A program made the position numbers and the translations under genes. 64,000 nucleotides of DNA from Ophelia neglecta (taxonomy: Eukaryota): assembly GCA_965285935.1 (NCBI GenBank), contig OZ260661.1, forward strand, positions 54,126,001 through 54,190,000, given 5' to 3'. Below are positions 23,600 to 38,322 of the stretch, one piece after another. Each line of letters opens with the position of its first letter. Position 1 is the first letter of the stretch. The notes beneath the pieces were generated by a model. It saw only the letters and a list, made by a program, of their open reading frames with translations, searched no databases and was not told where the DNA came from.

Positions 23600-26500
23600 T
23601 AAGTCAGTTTATATCACTTAGGCAACTGTCAATCCCAGCCGCAGAATCAGTTTTGGTTATTCATACAAATAATATCCCATGTAATATTATCCATTATGCA
23701 CCATATGCAAATCCATATCAAAGTGTTTAAAGCGCCAAACTGGCTTTAACGCTTCTGTATCACAAGTCCCTTCGACACCGAAATCACTCTATTGTGCAAA
23801 AGAAATAGCGTTCATCGTTACTTAATATGCACTGCACTAATTGACAACGCCCATGCCGATTTCAAGTGGTCGGTATATTTACCTAGGACTATCCTAAAAC
23901 TTCCCACAGGCTTAAGAATGAAGCTGTCCATATTAATTAACTGTCTGATTAAGTGTCCTCTGCGTATTAACTGAAGAATGACAAGGTTCAAGTGAGTTTT
24001 ACGCAAACGGTTGGCTGACTAATGTCAATTCACACAATGTGTCTTCGAGGTAATTTACAGGTAGTGATCCGAATGCATCGCAAAATAATGAACTTTGATA
24101 CATTAACGCCCATAAATATAGTGTTGCTGGCCACTTTCTCAGTTTAGTCTCATATCAGTTTGTTTTCGCCTCGTATACTGAAAATGTTGTAATCGATCTT
24201 TGTATCGTTTTCCGGAAAAAAAATCGAAGTGATAATATTCTGAATTTTATAAACAGTGGTACCCTTAACCACTTAAAGACATACCAAGCACTGAGAGACA
24301 TGGCAATATTGTTTCTGCTGTTTAAAGTTTATAGTTAAAATAATGAATCTTATCGTCAATAAAGAAAGATTGACGGTGTAGGCCTATTGTGAAATGACCA
24401 AGAATCCTGGCACATTGCTTTTCGAAAAACTGCTCGATGCTCCTTTATATTGGCTATAAAAGATATAAACAACCTAACAAGGGCTTGCCGTGCCTCAAAA
24501 TAACACGTGACACAATGACAATGCCTTAATAGCAGGTATGCATGAACCATTTTTCTGTCACTGGGCAAGCGTGACCTAGTTAGTCAATGGTTTCATTGCC
24601 ACAGCCGTAATGGATAAGAAAAGTGCAGCGGGACAAAAAACCACAGCTTAAACATTTATAGTTGTTTATCCAAATTCAAGTATTTGTTTGAAGTTTAATA
24701 CCATGATAAACTCAATTGCTCTTATGTTGTTAAAATTCCCCACCAATGACTCTTTGATATAGCACCTATACTCGTGGGGTGTGAACATTTATATAACACT
24801 TTTTTTGATATTAGACCAATTTTATCGTGGTAAAGCAAGAGTTATGAATATCTTTTTCGTGTAGAACCTTAAAGTTGTTTGGGCAAATTCATTGTGGATT
24901 TTATAGTAACAGCTCTATAGTCATCATAAGTTTTAATGGCGACCTAGCCGGAGGCATTAAACGTGTATGTCAATTTTTAAGTATGGCAACGGCGAAATTA
25001 CGAGCATTACACCCAAAACTTTGTCAGTTAAGAGATTTTAAAAGAAAATCTTCATAAAACACAAAATAAATAGGCAGTATTTGTTTGAGACATACCCAAC
25101 AAGACAAATTTGACATTCCAAGTCGACCTTTTTTTATCAGCCATACATTTCGTGCAGTGAAAGGTGAACATTATTTCAGCCACAATATATTTGAAAATGA
25201 TCTTTTGGAATGCGGATACAAAAATTAAGGTTGGCGATACGTATGGTTCATTGTCATTTCCCAGGACTAAACCCGTATGTCCTCTTATTTCGTGGAGAAA
25301 GTCAGTGACGGAAGAGCGTGCATGGTTGCAGGGTATAATGACGACCGCGCTTTCTTAACTACCAACGTAGCCCAGCATGCAGCGCGATTTTTCGTTTCTC
25401 GCCAGATTGAGTTTACATCAAAAATTGCTCGTGCTATTGCCGCCCGCACTGGTTCCATTGATTGGGCTGTCCAGACCAGAACACTGGCGGTCAGCGTGTC
25501 GGATAGGCCCAATAGCAGGGTTATTAAGTTGCAAGATATAGCGTTGGACTTCCGGCTTTCTCACATGAAAGACTCCAACAAATTATTATCATTTGCATTA
25601 AATATAGTGAAATGTGGAGAATTGATTTCAATAAAGATAATAAGAAATATTCTTGGTTGCTGGGTGACACCCCGCTCAAGGTTGACAACCATGTTAAACA
25701 CTTGAGCACAGTTTATTGTGAATCCGATGGCACAGCGGAGAGGTGCGGAGAAGCTAGCAAAAAATCACTAGGAATAGGAAATTAGACAGTGTTACTCACT
25801 TGGATTGACGTAGTGACAAAATTCGGCTCGTCTTTTGCACTTTCCCCTGACCCAAGTCATGATGTATTGTATGATTACCCTGGGATGGGATGGAAGCATT
25901 TATTTACATAGTCTTCATCCTGTCGATCTTCCTGACATTATTATTGGAACGCAAACGCCTGAATTTTACGAACCGGAGTTATGTGAAAATTTCTTTTATT
26001 TGTCTGCATATTATTTCACGCATTTGTGTATTTATTGATAGCATATTTAAATTAGCATATTTAAATTAGCAATCCTTTCTTTTGTTATAACTATATACAT
26101 ACACACTCCATGAATGACAATAAAAATATATATCAACACACAATTTTTTTTATATTGATATTTAGTGGAGCCCGGTCGGGCTCAAGTATTGACTGCATAT
26201 ATATGCTGTAATAATTTTACAACTCCCTAAACAGGATATTAACATAGCGAAAAGTGGTCGACTCGGCCCTGGATGTTAGCATTCTCTACTTGTCCTTTTT
26301 TAAGATCGGTTAAGGCCCCTTACTAGCTTTGATAAGAAAGCTATTAAATCATTGAATCTAGCTCTTTGATACTCATTATGTAATAAGCCATCAAATGCAT
26401 TGTACCCCGGGAAAAGGTTCAACCTTGTGTCTAGAAAGTACAGCATAATTTTAATGGAAGTGTACTATTAATCTTCTCATACGTTATGCATTTTTGATTA

Positions 26501-29186
26501 TGTTTTAATTTTTACTTTCTTTTACATTTAAACATATTCCAAATATTAACTGACAACTGAACTTTATAGGCCTGTATGAGAGATAAAAGGTAAATTCTAT
26601 CATACACTGGGAAATGCTACTAGACAATGTGTGATATGAGCAACATTCTCGTGGTAGTTTCCAAAAATGCTCTCGGCTCTTATTTTGGCCCTTGGGGCTA
26701 CATTTGTGCTCCTTTCGCCTTGCATTGTTCATGTTTTTGTATTTGTTTGTAGCTGTAACGTTATTAACCGGAAAGCGGAAAATATAATATCTAATGTTAA
26801 CTTGGCAGTGATGCTCGCTTTATCAAAAATCCGCTTTCACATAGATTTTAATCTTGCAGCTGTCCCATGTTAATTTACTCTCGTATTTATGCAAGGCTAG
26901 TTATTTATAACCTCTATCGATACAAAATCCATACGCTTTGCGGGACTTTAAATAGTTAACATCTTAAGGAAAAACGCGAGACTCGGAAATAACGTTCACA
27001 CGTCGAACATTTATTGGCCAGTTACAGTATTTCTGATGTCAAAAGAGCCGGGTTCAAGCGAGGGGTCAACAAATATTTCAGTGAGATGTATAGAAAATCT
27101 GTAAATTCAAATTAGGCCTATGGGTGGAAAGAACTGTAAAACAGAACGCGGGGCAATAATGTATTCGCATTTCGATTGTGCCTTTGTTTTAGGCCTAAAT
27201 TGTTTCTTCATGTTCTTAAAATCCAATCCTTATCGTATTCAGCAACAATTTCGAACGCGGCCCTCAAAGGATCGAATTTATTTCAAGCTTAATTTAGTTC
27301 CGAATGGTGTAAAAGCAGACACGTTTGTTAATTTCACATAGTCGTAGAAAACCGAAACAATTGTTGTATGTGTATAGATGTAATTGAGTTACATGTGCGG
27401 ACAAATGGACTCTATATGGGCTGATGGACTTTGTCGTTTATAATGGACCACCCATATTTTAAAAGCATGCTAGGATGCACTGCTGGGGGAGAACGGGATA
27501 CAGACGAAGGGGTGAAAGAAGGGTTCCCTCTCAAAAGATAGTAAATGAATGTGTCTCGTGATGATTAACTGAAGGAGGTGTGGGCCGACTTATTCAGGTA
27601 TTATCACCACCCTTAAAACCGCCGCTCCTACAAGGTAAACACACTTCATATACTAATGAGCACAATGATCACAAATCACCATTGAGACATTCATCTTTGA
27701 ACATTAACGTATTGTAAGGCCACAGTAAGATAATAAAGTGATTCTCAGCAAATTGTATCAAGAAGGCAGGAGGCTTTTTCATTATTTTGGTCCAAAACCA
27801 TCTCAGACACATGCGGAACCAAGGAAGACGAGGGCGGTGTTTCTCAATATGAATAATAAGGTCACATTTTTTGGCACATGCATTTTATAGTGTGTACGCG
27901 AGGATTTTAATCATCCGATGAATTATATTGTAAGGGTGTGAGTTGTTTCTTTCTTTTGTCACATGAATGCATGGAAATGCTAAAGCAAATTAAAAAGAGG
28001 AGTGTATTTAATGTAAATGCCTTCCCTTTATGTTACAATTTCCACTTGGGTTGTAAAGGTATTTAGGTCATAAGAACCTGTTTATTTTGGCTGTAAGTAA
28101 AGGAAAATTAGACCTGTCATAGAACCAACAGCACATAGATGTCCTCAGAATGTCAGAGGGTTTGGTGAGACGGACACAATGTCATGCTGGAAGCAGGTGA
28201 TTTTTTCCATTCCCAACAGAGGCGAGTGGCTTTATTTCCACACATTTGAATATGCTGCGCGGGTTGCGGGTGACTTCGTTTTTTTCTTCTTGCTAAAGGT
28301 GGGCTGTGGCCTTATTTTAATGCAAAATCATAGTACTATAAAATATAATATAGAAATATAAGTACCGCTATTATGGTAGTTAGCGGGTAGTTCCTGAGAT
28401 CCACTTTATTAACTTAAGGAGGCCTAACAGCTACTTCTGACACTTAAGGCTTGATTCTATCTGGTTGCACTCAGCATTGCTCAAACCATGAGAGCCTGCA
28501 TAATTGCGACCTGTCGTTTGCCGTGCTAAGGGAGTGGTTAATATTTATCAATGGTGGAGCTAAAATAAGTGGAATACCAGTAATTTGTAATTAGATTGCC
28601 AGTATGTTTATTATTACAATACTTTACTAGGTTACATGTATTTATGGAGACACAACCCTGAACTCCAACATTTAATTCAAACATGATTATGCTCTATTCT
28701 CGTTTTCTATAGTACATTAGCTACTTGCATTATCCAAGTGTTCAAGAACAACATAACACTGCACCTTATAGGCCGTTAAGGGTATACATGGGTTAAAATT
28801 GACACCATCGGCACAACCCATTTGAAATCGACTCGATCAACACATAAGGTTTGAATCGACTTCAACACACTTATTTTTAAGCTTTATTTTCAGACGTACG
28901 ACGCCAATAATCCCTTCAATATTAACACTCGAGTCGACAGCTGATTCGGACCAGACTGATGCTGTGGATCATAACATATTGTTCGGTCCACTGGAACTCG
29001 GGACAGTATACCAGGCATGCAATATATTTTACCACTTTTTTGTCCATTCCGTGGGGATTATTTCACCTCTGGTCGTGTTTTCCAGGACATTTGTCAAATT
29101 TTATGTTTGTCTGTCAAGTGTTTTAAGTCTAAAGAGAACTTTTCTGGTTCGACCTTGGACAATTTTCAATAAAACTAGATTAAGCC

Positions 29187-29337
29187 CAGGGACGGATCCA
29201 GGAATTTCTAGGGAGGGGGGCCCACCATGCATCTAGTTGCCTATGTTTTGGGCGCCTGGATGGGCTTGTAAAAAAAAATGGTGGGGGGGGGGGGGCAGGC
29301 GCCTTCCCGTGCCCCCCCCCCCCTGGATCCGCCCCTG
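29187..29337. mobile_element. Second, shorter copy of the same MITE family with a 5-bp TSD
   Basis: CAGGGACGGATCCAGGAATTTC...CCTGGATCCGCCCCTG; shares internal CTAGTT.CCTATGTTTTGGGCGCCTG with 3693-3935; AAGCC duplicated at 29182-29186 and 29338-29342. Confidence 0.85.
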
Positions 29338-32300
29338 AAGCCTGGTACAATGTGGTGACGTCAGGTTTTTGAGGAATATCGGACGTCACATTTAATTCGG
29401 TATTCAGTGCAAATCACTTATCTATAGACAAAAGACAATAGTTGAAAAGAGTTGAAATTAGTTAAATTTTGCCATTCTCAATTAGTATATTTCAATACGT
29501 ACTATACAAGTACCTAAAATGACGCCAAGCGAACCTGTACAAAGGATGCAAAGGTTTCGCGATCTGAATTGAATAATTTGATGCAATGACAAAGTAAACG
29601 TATTTACAAACGTTTGCAGTAAATCTATAATGCCCTACGGTGTCACATTATCTATATTGGCACCATCATACAGTAAGTATGGAGCACATCTACGTTTGGA
29701 GCACCCTCGTGTTATTTGTTGCTTGGTCTACTTAAAAGTCTATCAGATGAATTTCATAAATATAGTACTCAGCAATTTATTTTTAACTTTAAGTGAGACA
29801 ATAATATTGATCCTTCCCGGGGCCCTTGTGGCGGACACCAGGTACGAGAAGAAAATGCCATGCACGCTATTATTTATTCCAAATATTTCCAATGAATTAT
29901 GCTTTGTAAAAACTTATAGGCCTACATACCTCCAAGAAAATAATTTAAAAACTCATTCAAACGTTTTCTTGTTCCCGAGAGCTATCTAGGTTAACAAATA
30001 CATTCAAAAGTAGTTCAAAACTCTTACTAAAGGTAACACACATCTGCAAGACAGTGTAGGCAATAAACGGTAAAATCTAAGGCTTTAAGTTTTTTTTTAT
30101 TAAACATCAAAGCATATATTTGCGATTGTACCTTCAATTTATAATAAAAAAGCATCATGTTTAGGTAGTCCCATAGTCCGAAGGTTCATTTGTCACAAGG
30201 TTCACCATTCCGAAGGTTTTGGACCGAAGATTCATTGCTCAAAATTCAATTTTAAATGAAAAATATATTCATTGACACCAAATACCTTTTTTACATGCAC
30301 TCTTTGGTAATCGCAAATAATTTGGCTAAGTGGGTCAAAAAGACGAACAAAATGAAATGTGTTTTTGAATATATTGTAATGTATTGCATTAAATCACATC
30401 TTTTATGAAATTCATTCTACTTCTCCCTGGAAAGGACGAACACTCACCTGTGTGAGTCTTCAGAAGACAAAAACAGATACTGTACGCAAAACACAACTAT
30501 TATGAAATATGCCACATAAGAGATCGAGGCTATGCTGGAATAAAGCCTCGCATAAATTTGAGACTAAACATATATTTTCCTCAAAAAAAAAAACGCATTA
30601 GGATGTATAAAAGTTTCTTGCATTCTCAAAAGAATATGGAGGCGAAACCTTCAATAATTAACTAATCATAAAACATTTCATTGTCCAAGCGACGATGACA
30701 TATAATTGATACAATTAGGAAAAACAGAATGAATTTATTTAGAAGATATTGAAGACAACGTTTGGCAGATAAGTACCATCATTATAGTCAGAGAACAAGT
30801 GGAGCTTAATTCTATTTTTTCAATTTGAAAAATAAAAGTGTTGGTTCCATTCTTTATTAGACGATGATTACATTTCTTCATATCTAGGTTAATCAGAACA
30901 GATGTTTGGTATGCCGTTATCTAGATTTGATTATTTAATATTATAAAAAGCTAATTTATGTAAGCATAAAAGATTCAATATGTTGATTTCGAGTATGTTA
31001 TCAGACCTGCACTAAGCATTGATAACATCATATGAACGATTTAATGACAAGTTCATTTCCTAAGGTCAACGTCAAATGCAAAAAAAACCTCTTAATGTGT
31101 CTGTCAATACATAGTGTAAGCTCCTGTCACGTTCAATAGTTTGCTCTACACATATATGCAGCAAATCGTACATCTGATATACATATTCAGCTTGATTCCC
31201 TGCAGGTTAATTTGGTATATTTAGACTTGCTGTGCATGCAGGTCATTTTTCACATTGTGATTTTGCAGTGTCGCTTTATACCAACGAGTTGGTAAAAGGT
31301 GGTAAATCGTTCTCCCTGATGTAATGCCTTACCTTGGTCTAAATCAAATATCAAATATATACTTTGTCTTCCTAAAATCAATCCAGACTTTTTGCAGCCT
31401 CCCTTGGGCCCCGCTCTTTCCCCATGCCATCAATCTAACACACACCCCAGCTCTAATGATACCTCCTGTCGCCCCTACTCCGTTTTTCTATGTACTTCTA
31501 CCAATCTCCATCCCTCCATATCATTTCCCATCCTTTGAATTCCACCACCGCAGTGCCTGTTCCTCCTTTTCCTTCTCAAGCTCCTGAACGTTTTTCTGCG
31601 TGTCCTTTAGCTAGAGAACTGGCAATTGACTTTTTGGGCGATACCTGATAGTTTCGGACCGAATTATAAGACAATTTTCTATTAACGATTTTACTCTGAC
31701 TGCCGGATATCCGCTCCCCTTGTTTCTTTATATTCCAATGCTAGCACATACATAAGAAGATACCCGGGAGACAAAGTACAATAGCTTATCAAGAACTTTT
31801 CATTGAATAGGTCCGAACTCATAAGGAACAATTAGCTGTGCCCACACACACATCAATGCCTCGTTCCAAAATGTTTAATATGTTTTAACGACATTAAGGA
31901 GGTTTTATATATAAAATCTGATATCAGTATCAGAATAGGGGCAACACTTTAACGTTAACAATAGGTTTTATTTTTTAGGATGACATCTTGAGTCATATGT
32001 TTGGGGTTTATTGTGACGATAATATGTGTGAATTGGTCTTAGCTCTACACGATGAGGTGGAGAAGCTTTTGAAGATGCAAATGATGCCAATGATCTCCAG
32101 GCTTTTTTTTACTGAAGCGGACGACGTGGCCACTTTCAAATCTGTTGACGTATGATCAGAGTCTGAGGAGAACGTGTCAGTTTTATAAGTCTAAGGAAAG
32201 AGGGTCGATAGTCACACCCGTATTGTGTTGATGTTTTGTTATTATCATTAATGAAAGTTATATGCCGATTACTTAACCGAATGTATTTCTGTGTACCCTA

Positions 32301-33750
32301 AATCACTATACATTGTGCATTTTCGAACCTACATTCATTGGAAAGCATATAATTTGTACTTTGTCGAATTCCAAAACAAAGTATTTTGTGTTGAGTATAT
32401 TTCAACCGTCATAGATTGTTTGTCGTGCTCTACCAATTGTTCCAGTACTCTGCACGCACTGTGAGAATACAAAGAAACCCAGTTTATCTCACAAAAATAG
32501 TAAATGTCAACAAAGCAACTACAATCTTGCTTTGTAATAACGTACATTCATTATCCCATAAACCAGAAATATTTTGCCGTTACCTTCATTACCCGGTCTT
32601 TTGATTAGATTGACAGACCATTGAGTACAGGAAAGAAGTAGTGGCTTTATTTTACGAGTAGTTTGTGCATAAATCTAAGGCCATAATGATACCGCCCAGG
32701 AACCTCGGAGGGAAAATAATTTACCCAGAACTGATCTATCAAAGTAATGTTCAAGTCGTGTAGGTTTCTAAACAGCTAGTATGGTAAAACCCATTTGGCA
32801 GGTATCAAATTAATTAACCTTAATATCTTTTCATCAAATTGCTTGATTATATAATTGTATAGGTTTTGATTTAAATATCCAGCGGCAACGTCATTAGTTC
32901 TTCATTTGTTATAAGTCACTGTCGCCATGCAGTTCCGAAAGGCGCACAGTTTGAAGACGTCTTGTGAGCATGACATTTATGCCGCATGTACATGTATATA
33001 GTTTATGCTATATACAGCCAAATGTTAAACGTAGCGCGGATGAAGTCTAGAAAGTGGGTGGGGAAGTGAAAAAGTTCACCAGCCGATTTTGTAGTCATCT
33101 TCGTATGGTGCATCCGATGGCTACTATCTTATTACTTCTTTCAAACTCAAACTCCAACAAATACTATCGTTCTAAGCTAGCATTTTGAAATGGACTTTAT
33201 TTATCTAGATACATTACTTCGATGAAAACACATGTCAAAATTGAGAAACATTACCGTTATAATAGCCTTTTGTTTATTTTGTTCTGATAAATGATTAGCA
33301 ATCCGTACGCCCAGCATTAAGTAAGGTTTTCACAGCCAACTGTCGATTTAATCAGGCATGTTGGAAATATTTCGTAAATTATAGCAATTGATACATTTCT
33401 TACAAGTTTTATCACAATAATAAGGTACACCAGTTAAGAGCTGCCCCCCCCCCTTCCCCCGGTACATTTCTCTTTAGCGATGACCCCTGAATTGAGGTGC
33501 ACATGTTCGCGATGTGAATTTGACTAGTTAATACTGTATAGAGTATATTGATCAATTTTCTTGCAGATTTTAAACCAAATATCCAGTAATATGAACATTC
33601 CATTAAAACATGCATGATGTATTGAACAATTGTATAATTCCTTTTGTCGCATGTTGTCGCATGTTTTAGCACTTTAGTAGGCCTATATACAAGTAAACAG
33701 GGTACTATTATATTCATAAGTTTATCTTATGAACGGAAATTACCTCCTTT

Positions 33751-33811
33751 TAAAAAGCCCTTGACAATTAAAAGCTCAAAATTGGAGCTTTTAATTGTCA
33801 AGGGCTTTTTA
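33751..33811. repeat. Perfect inverted repeat, 27-bp arms, 7-nt spacer
   Basis: TAAAAAGCCCTTGACAATTAAAAGCTC (33751-33777) / GAGCTTTTAATTGTCAAGGGCTTTTTA (33785-33811). Confidence 0.95.
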
Positions 33812-33822
33812 GAAGTGTATAT

Positions 33823-36800
33823 TATATTGAAACGTTGCTAAGTGACTTTTCTTTGGATGTATTATTTCTATCGGAACACTGGCTGCGCAGCAGTATGTTG
33901 CCAGTGCTTAGCCAGCTAAAATGTGGTTATACCGGGCATGGCAAATCCGAACCAAGAAATGACAGTCTTGATCCCAGTCACCCTGGGAAAAGATACATGG
34001 GCGGGACAGGCTTCATGTGGAAAAGTAAATACGATAAATATGTCAAACACTTACCTTATGACAATCCTAGGATCCAGATACTTGACATACTACCGCCTTT
34101 TGAACTTACCATAATTGGTGTGTATATGCCCTCGTCAGACCAAGGTCTTAATCCATTTAAAGAAATGGTTGCTGAATTGGAAGCGGTTTATGATACATAT
34201 TCTCAGATAAAAGAAACTATTATAATCGGCGATCTCAATAGTACAATTAGAGGACCAAGGTGCGAAAGCAACCTTGCAGAAAATAGTGTAGCCGGAAGGA
34301 GATCGTCTGTCCTCAGACTTTTCCTGGAGTCCAGAGAGCTAACATCATGGATGGTGGAAAAGCGTTGTGCAGGGCCTACTTACTCAAGTGAACCATATGC
34401 AGGTGGTCCAAGAAGTCTAATCGATCACGTGATTACCCGTAAGCGCCTGGATCATATGATCATCTCCTGTTCGGTTGTCGACGACCATCATCGGAATGTC
34501 TCTGACCATCTACCCGTGTTCACATCTCTTGGACTAGCTGCTCAACACAAATCTAATAACAGTGTTCGGAAAATTCAAAGTTTAAACTGGCGCAAAGGAG
34601 CTGACCAGGGGAAATTGAGGGACTATGAAGCCAGTGTCTCTGACCAACTCTCTAACTGCCCAATGTTGGAGTGGGATACTACGACTAAAGTAGAGACCAG
34701 CTACAATTATGTTAGAGACTGTCTGCGTGGTGAAGCCACGAAACATATTCCGACTAAACGATTTCTTCCATACTTGAAACCCTATTGGAAGAAAGATAGT
34801 CTATCTGATATTCACAAGGAGATGAAGCGATTACGAACCGTCTGGGTAGAAAGCGGAAGACCTCGAGGCAGACAACACAAGTCCTTTAGGGACTACAAGG
34901 ATGCAAAGAGGCTTTTCGCAACCTGCAACGACGGCTTATCCATGCCATGGAAACTGAATATTATCTAGAGGTAGACAAGGCTGCTGAATGTGACCTTGAT
35001 AAGTTGTGGAGACTCATCCATTCGCGTAAAACCAAAACTCCATCATCGTCTCCCTCGGAATTGCGCGTGGGAAACAATACAGTAAGAGGGGAGGGTCGTA
35101 TATTGGAGATTTGGGAGGAGCATTTTAAGAAACTGTTTGATAGCTGTGAAAGTGACCCAATAATTTCAGTTCCAATAACAGACCTGGAGGTGCGGTCAGT
35201 CGTCAATGAGGCGAAAAACGGCAAAAGTGGTGGTCATGACGATATCGTCTATGAACATGTCAAACATGGTGGTCAGGCTCTGTGTGTAGTCCTGGCTCAG
35301 TTATTCAATGCCATGTATGAACTTTCTTATGTACCAACCGATATGAAGAAAAGCATCATCATTCCAATATATAAAGGGGCTCATAAATACGAGGATGATC
35401 GCAAAAACTTTAGAGGAATCTCTCTCTTACCAGTGTTATATTAAATTCTGGAGAAAGTTATTCTGCGGAGATGGATAGCTTGGCTTACAACTGATACTTA
35501 CGGTTGTACCCTCAACTTCCCGGTGGAATGTCAGAATGGCTTCAGGAAGGGGAGGAGCTCCTTAATGTCGTCGTTCGTACTGCAGGAATCGGTAAACTGG
35601 CTACAAGAAAGTGACAGTAAAGTATATTTCTGTTTGCTGGACACCTCAACCGCGTTTGATTGTGTTTGGGTGAGGGGCCTCTTCACCAAATTACACAAGT
35701 ACGGCATACAGGGAAAGTTGTGGTCGCTCCTGTTTGAGGCATACTCTAGCATGTCTGCGGTTGTTGGCTATGCTGGGAGCCGGTCCAGGGAATTTCCTGT
35801 AAGACAGTCTGTTAGACAGGGTAGTGTTCTCGGGCCCTACGCTTACCTGGCATACATTAATGACTTACCTCAACAGCTAGAGGCGTCTGGTGAAGGTGTG
35901 ATAATTGGTGGACTATACTGTGGAGCTATTCTGCAAGCCGATGATGTCGCCCTTCTGGCTTTATCACCCAGATCCCTTCAGGCCATGATGGACATCTGCT
36001 CGAGTTACAGCAGGACTTGGCGTTTCAGGTTTAACGAGAGCAAGACCAAAATACTGGTTTTCTCCCAAGGCCAGAGGAAATCGTCGGATAGTAAGTTGAG
36101 CTGGAATCTCGGTGATGCCACTGTCACCCCTGACACTCAGGCCACTCATGTAGGGGTCACTCTAGTGACTACGAGGAGCAGTGACAGAGCACGTCGTGTC
36201 GCTAGCTCCCTCAGATCCCAGGTGGCTGGCCTCGTCGGTGTTGGCGTGCATCCGGCGGGCCTTACCCCACTCACCTCAGTGAAACTCTACAGGAATGTTT
36301 TACTCCCTAGGGCTCTATATGGGACGGAATTGTGGGTCAAACCGTCAAAGGCGGAAATTGAGACTCTGGAAGTGGCCCACAATTTTTGTTTAAAGGTCAT
36401 CCAGAGCTTACCAATGCGATGTCGATCCGTTAAGGTGAGGTCTCTAGTTGGCATGGGTGCAATTACCGAAGAAATCAGTCGTAGACGACTGCAATTTTTT
36501 GCCACTATTGCCTCCCTCGAGCCGACAACTTTGCCGGCTAGACTTCTGAAAATCCGCCTCCTGGACTTGCTGCCCGGTGCCTCAAGGCAGTGGAGAGGAT
36601 TCGCGTTCGAGTTACTGGCAACATGTGACAAGCTCGGTCTACGTGGTTATGTCACACACTACGCGACCTCTGGAGTGTGGTGTGGCAGAAGCACATGGAG
36701 AGGTCTGATAAGAGGCGCCTTGGAGCATTATACGGAATCATACTATTGTGATGTGATTCATAGTGACGCACACTTCAGAGCCTTCGGTCGACTCCACTCT

Positions 36801-37277
36801 GACCCCACAGTGCCAAGTGTCATTTGGACAGCGTGCCTCAAACTTCCATATCTTAGAGGTCAACTGGCCTTTTTAGTGAAGTTGTGCACCAGAAACACTG
36901 GCGTGTCTCGGGATTGTCACATGTGTGACCAACAATACGTGGATTGTGTTGAACACTTGGTGTGCCACTGTCCGCGTTACTCTGAGCGACGCAATTTATA
37001 CTGGGAAGAGCTAACGGACCCACTGGCCGTCATGGACTCCACCAGACTCCTCTGGATGGACAGTGGTGAATTTATAGATACATTCTTCAGTGGCAACGGC
37101 ATTGATTCTGACGTGGAAATTTTTTTTGGGAATTAATGCCAAGTTTTAGTATGCCTTAAGACACAATTTGACAAACGATATACTTTATAATTACTTAACG
37201 TAAACGTTCTATGAGAAAAGTTTTGTAAACATTGTTGTGCTCCTCAACTTGAAGGAAAAAAAAGATAACAACAACAA
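33823..37277 (+). mobile_element. 5'-truncated non-LTR retrotransposon (LINE): APE endonuclease, reverse transcriptase, C-terminal CCHC; two disabling lesions
   Basis: APE motifs LSEHWL, GVYMP, IIGDLN, IDH, SDHLPV (33835-34968). RT motifs FRGISL, QNGFR, LDTSTAFD, VRQGSVLGP, LQADD (34947-37136). CHMC..EHLVCHC near the C-terminus; A-rich and (CAA)n tail at ~37256-37277. One 1-nt frameshift at ~34915 and one in-frame TAA at 35442-35444. Confidence 0.93.
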
Positions 37278-38322
37278 TTGCAAATCACAATGTCTTTATG
37301 TCTAGATTGCGACCACTGATGAATAAAGGTAAGGCCACTTCGAAGCGGGTTCTTTAACAAGTGCTAAACAATTAAACACCTGATAAAATAGAATACCCAT
37401 TGACTATGAAAGGTGATAGGTCTTATGCAAACGAGCATTGTCCACTTAAAATTCGACAACAGCTATGTTTGTTTCTCTAAAACCCTCGTAGCAACGTAAG
37501 CAAAGATCCAAATATCAGACTTGGAAATATATATTAATTGATTAATGTCAAGCACCATCAGTCCATTTTTTTCGAGCCAAATCGGTAAACATAAAAGCTC
37601 TGCGTAGCTTTCAGTAGCGACAAAACCTAGAATTTAGTTGGGACTTTGATCAAAGATAACTAGTCACTCTTTATGGTTCTGGTTTCAAACAAGGCCCACG
37701 TTTTGTTCAAACAATACAAGTGTTATAGCTAAGTAGAATATATAATTTCAAGCCCATACTTTACAGGAAGTTTATACTCGTACCAATTAACAGCAGAAGA
37801 GACAAGCTAAAAACCGTCAACCTGATTGCCTATTTTTCTACTTAACATCACATATTATTGAAGGGTACACCAATTTCCAAATGTCTAACATTAACTTTAT
37901 CAGTATGCTTTAAATTTGTATTATTTAGTTAGTATTTTTAATGCAAAAAAGTATGGATTTCAACAAAGCAACATAATAAGATTCAACTTTCAAGCACAGA
38001 ACAGTTTTATTGAAATTGTCTTGACACAATTTGGCACAAATCTTTGATGCGGTACAGTTCAGATGATGTGTCTGCAATTAATTCTGTTGCAATGCGAAAT
38101 GTTACAACCAAGCTCATGTACCAAGAAAGATTTTATTTACATTTAAACCGTATCGGGAAATTAATCCTCTTATATACAAATACGACCTTTGACATAAATA
38201 TAGAAAACAAAACAACATATATACAGTGTAAAAATATATTTACAGTATATAAACATAAATAAAGTGTACACACATCTTTACAATGCACTGACATATATAC
38301 AGGGCATATAGTGTTAAGGTGT

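Noticed and set aside
25277-25705. 142-aa plus-strand ORF
   Set aside because: No recognisable domain or exon context; likely a chance ORF in a promoter or repeat region.
31330-32200. Purine/pyrimidine-skewed stretch and an ADDVA-like motif suggesting a decayed LINE
   Set aside because: Too degenerate to support boundaries or identity.
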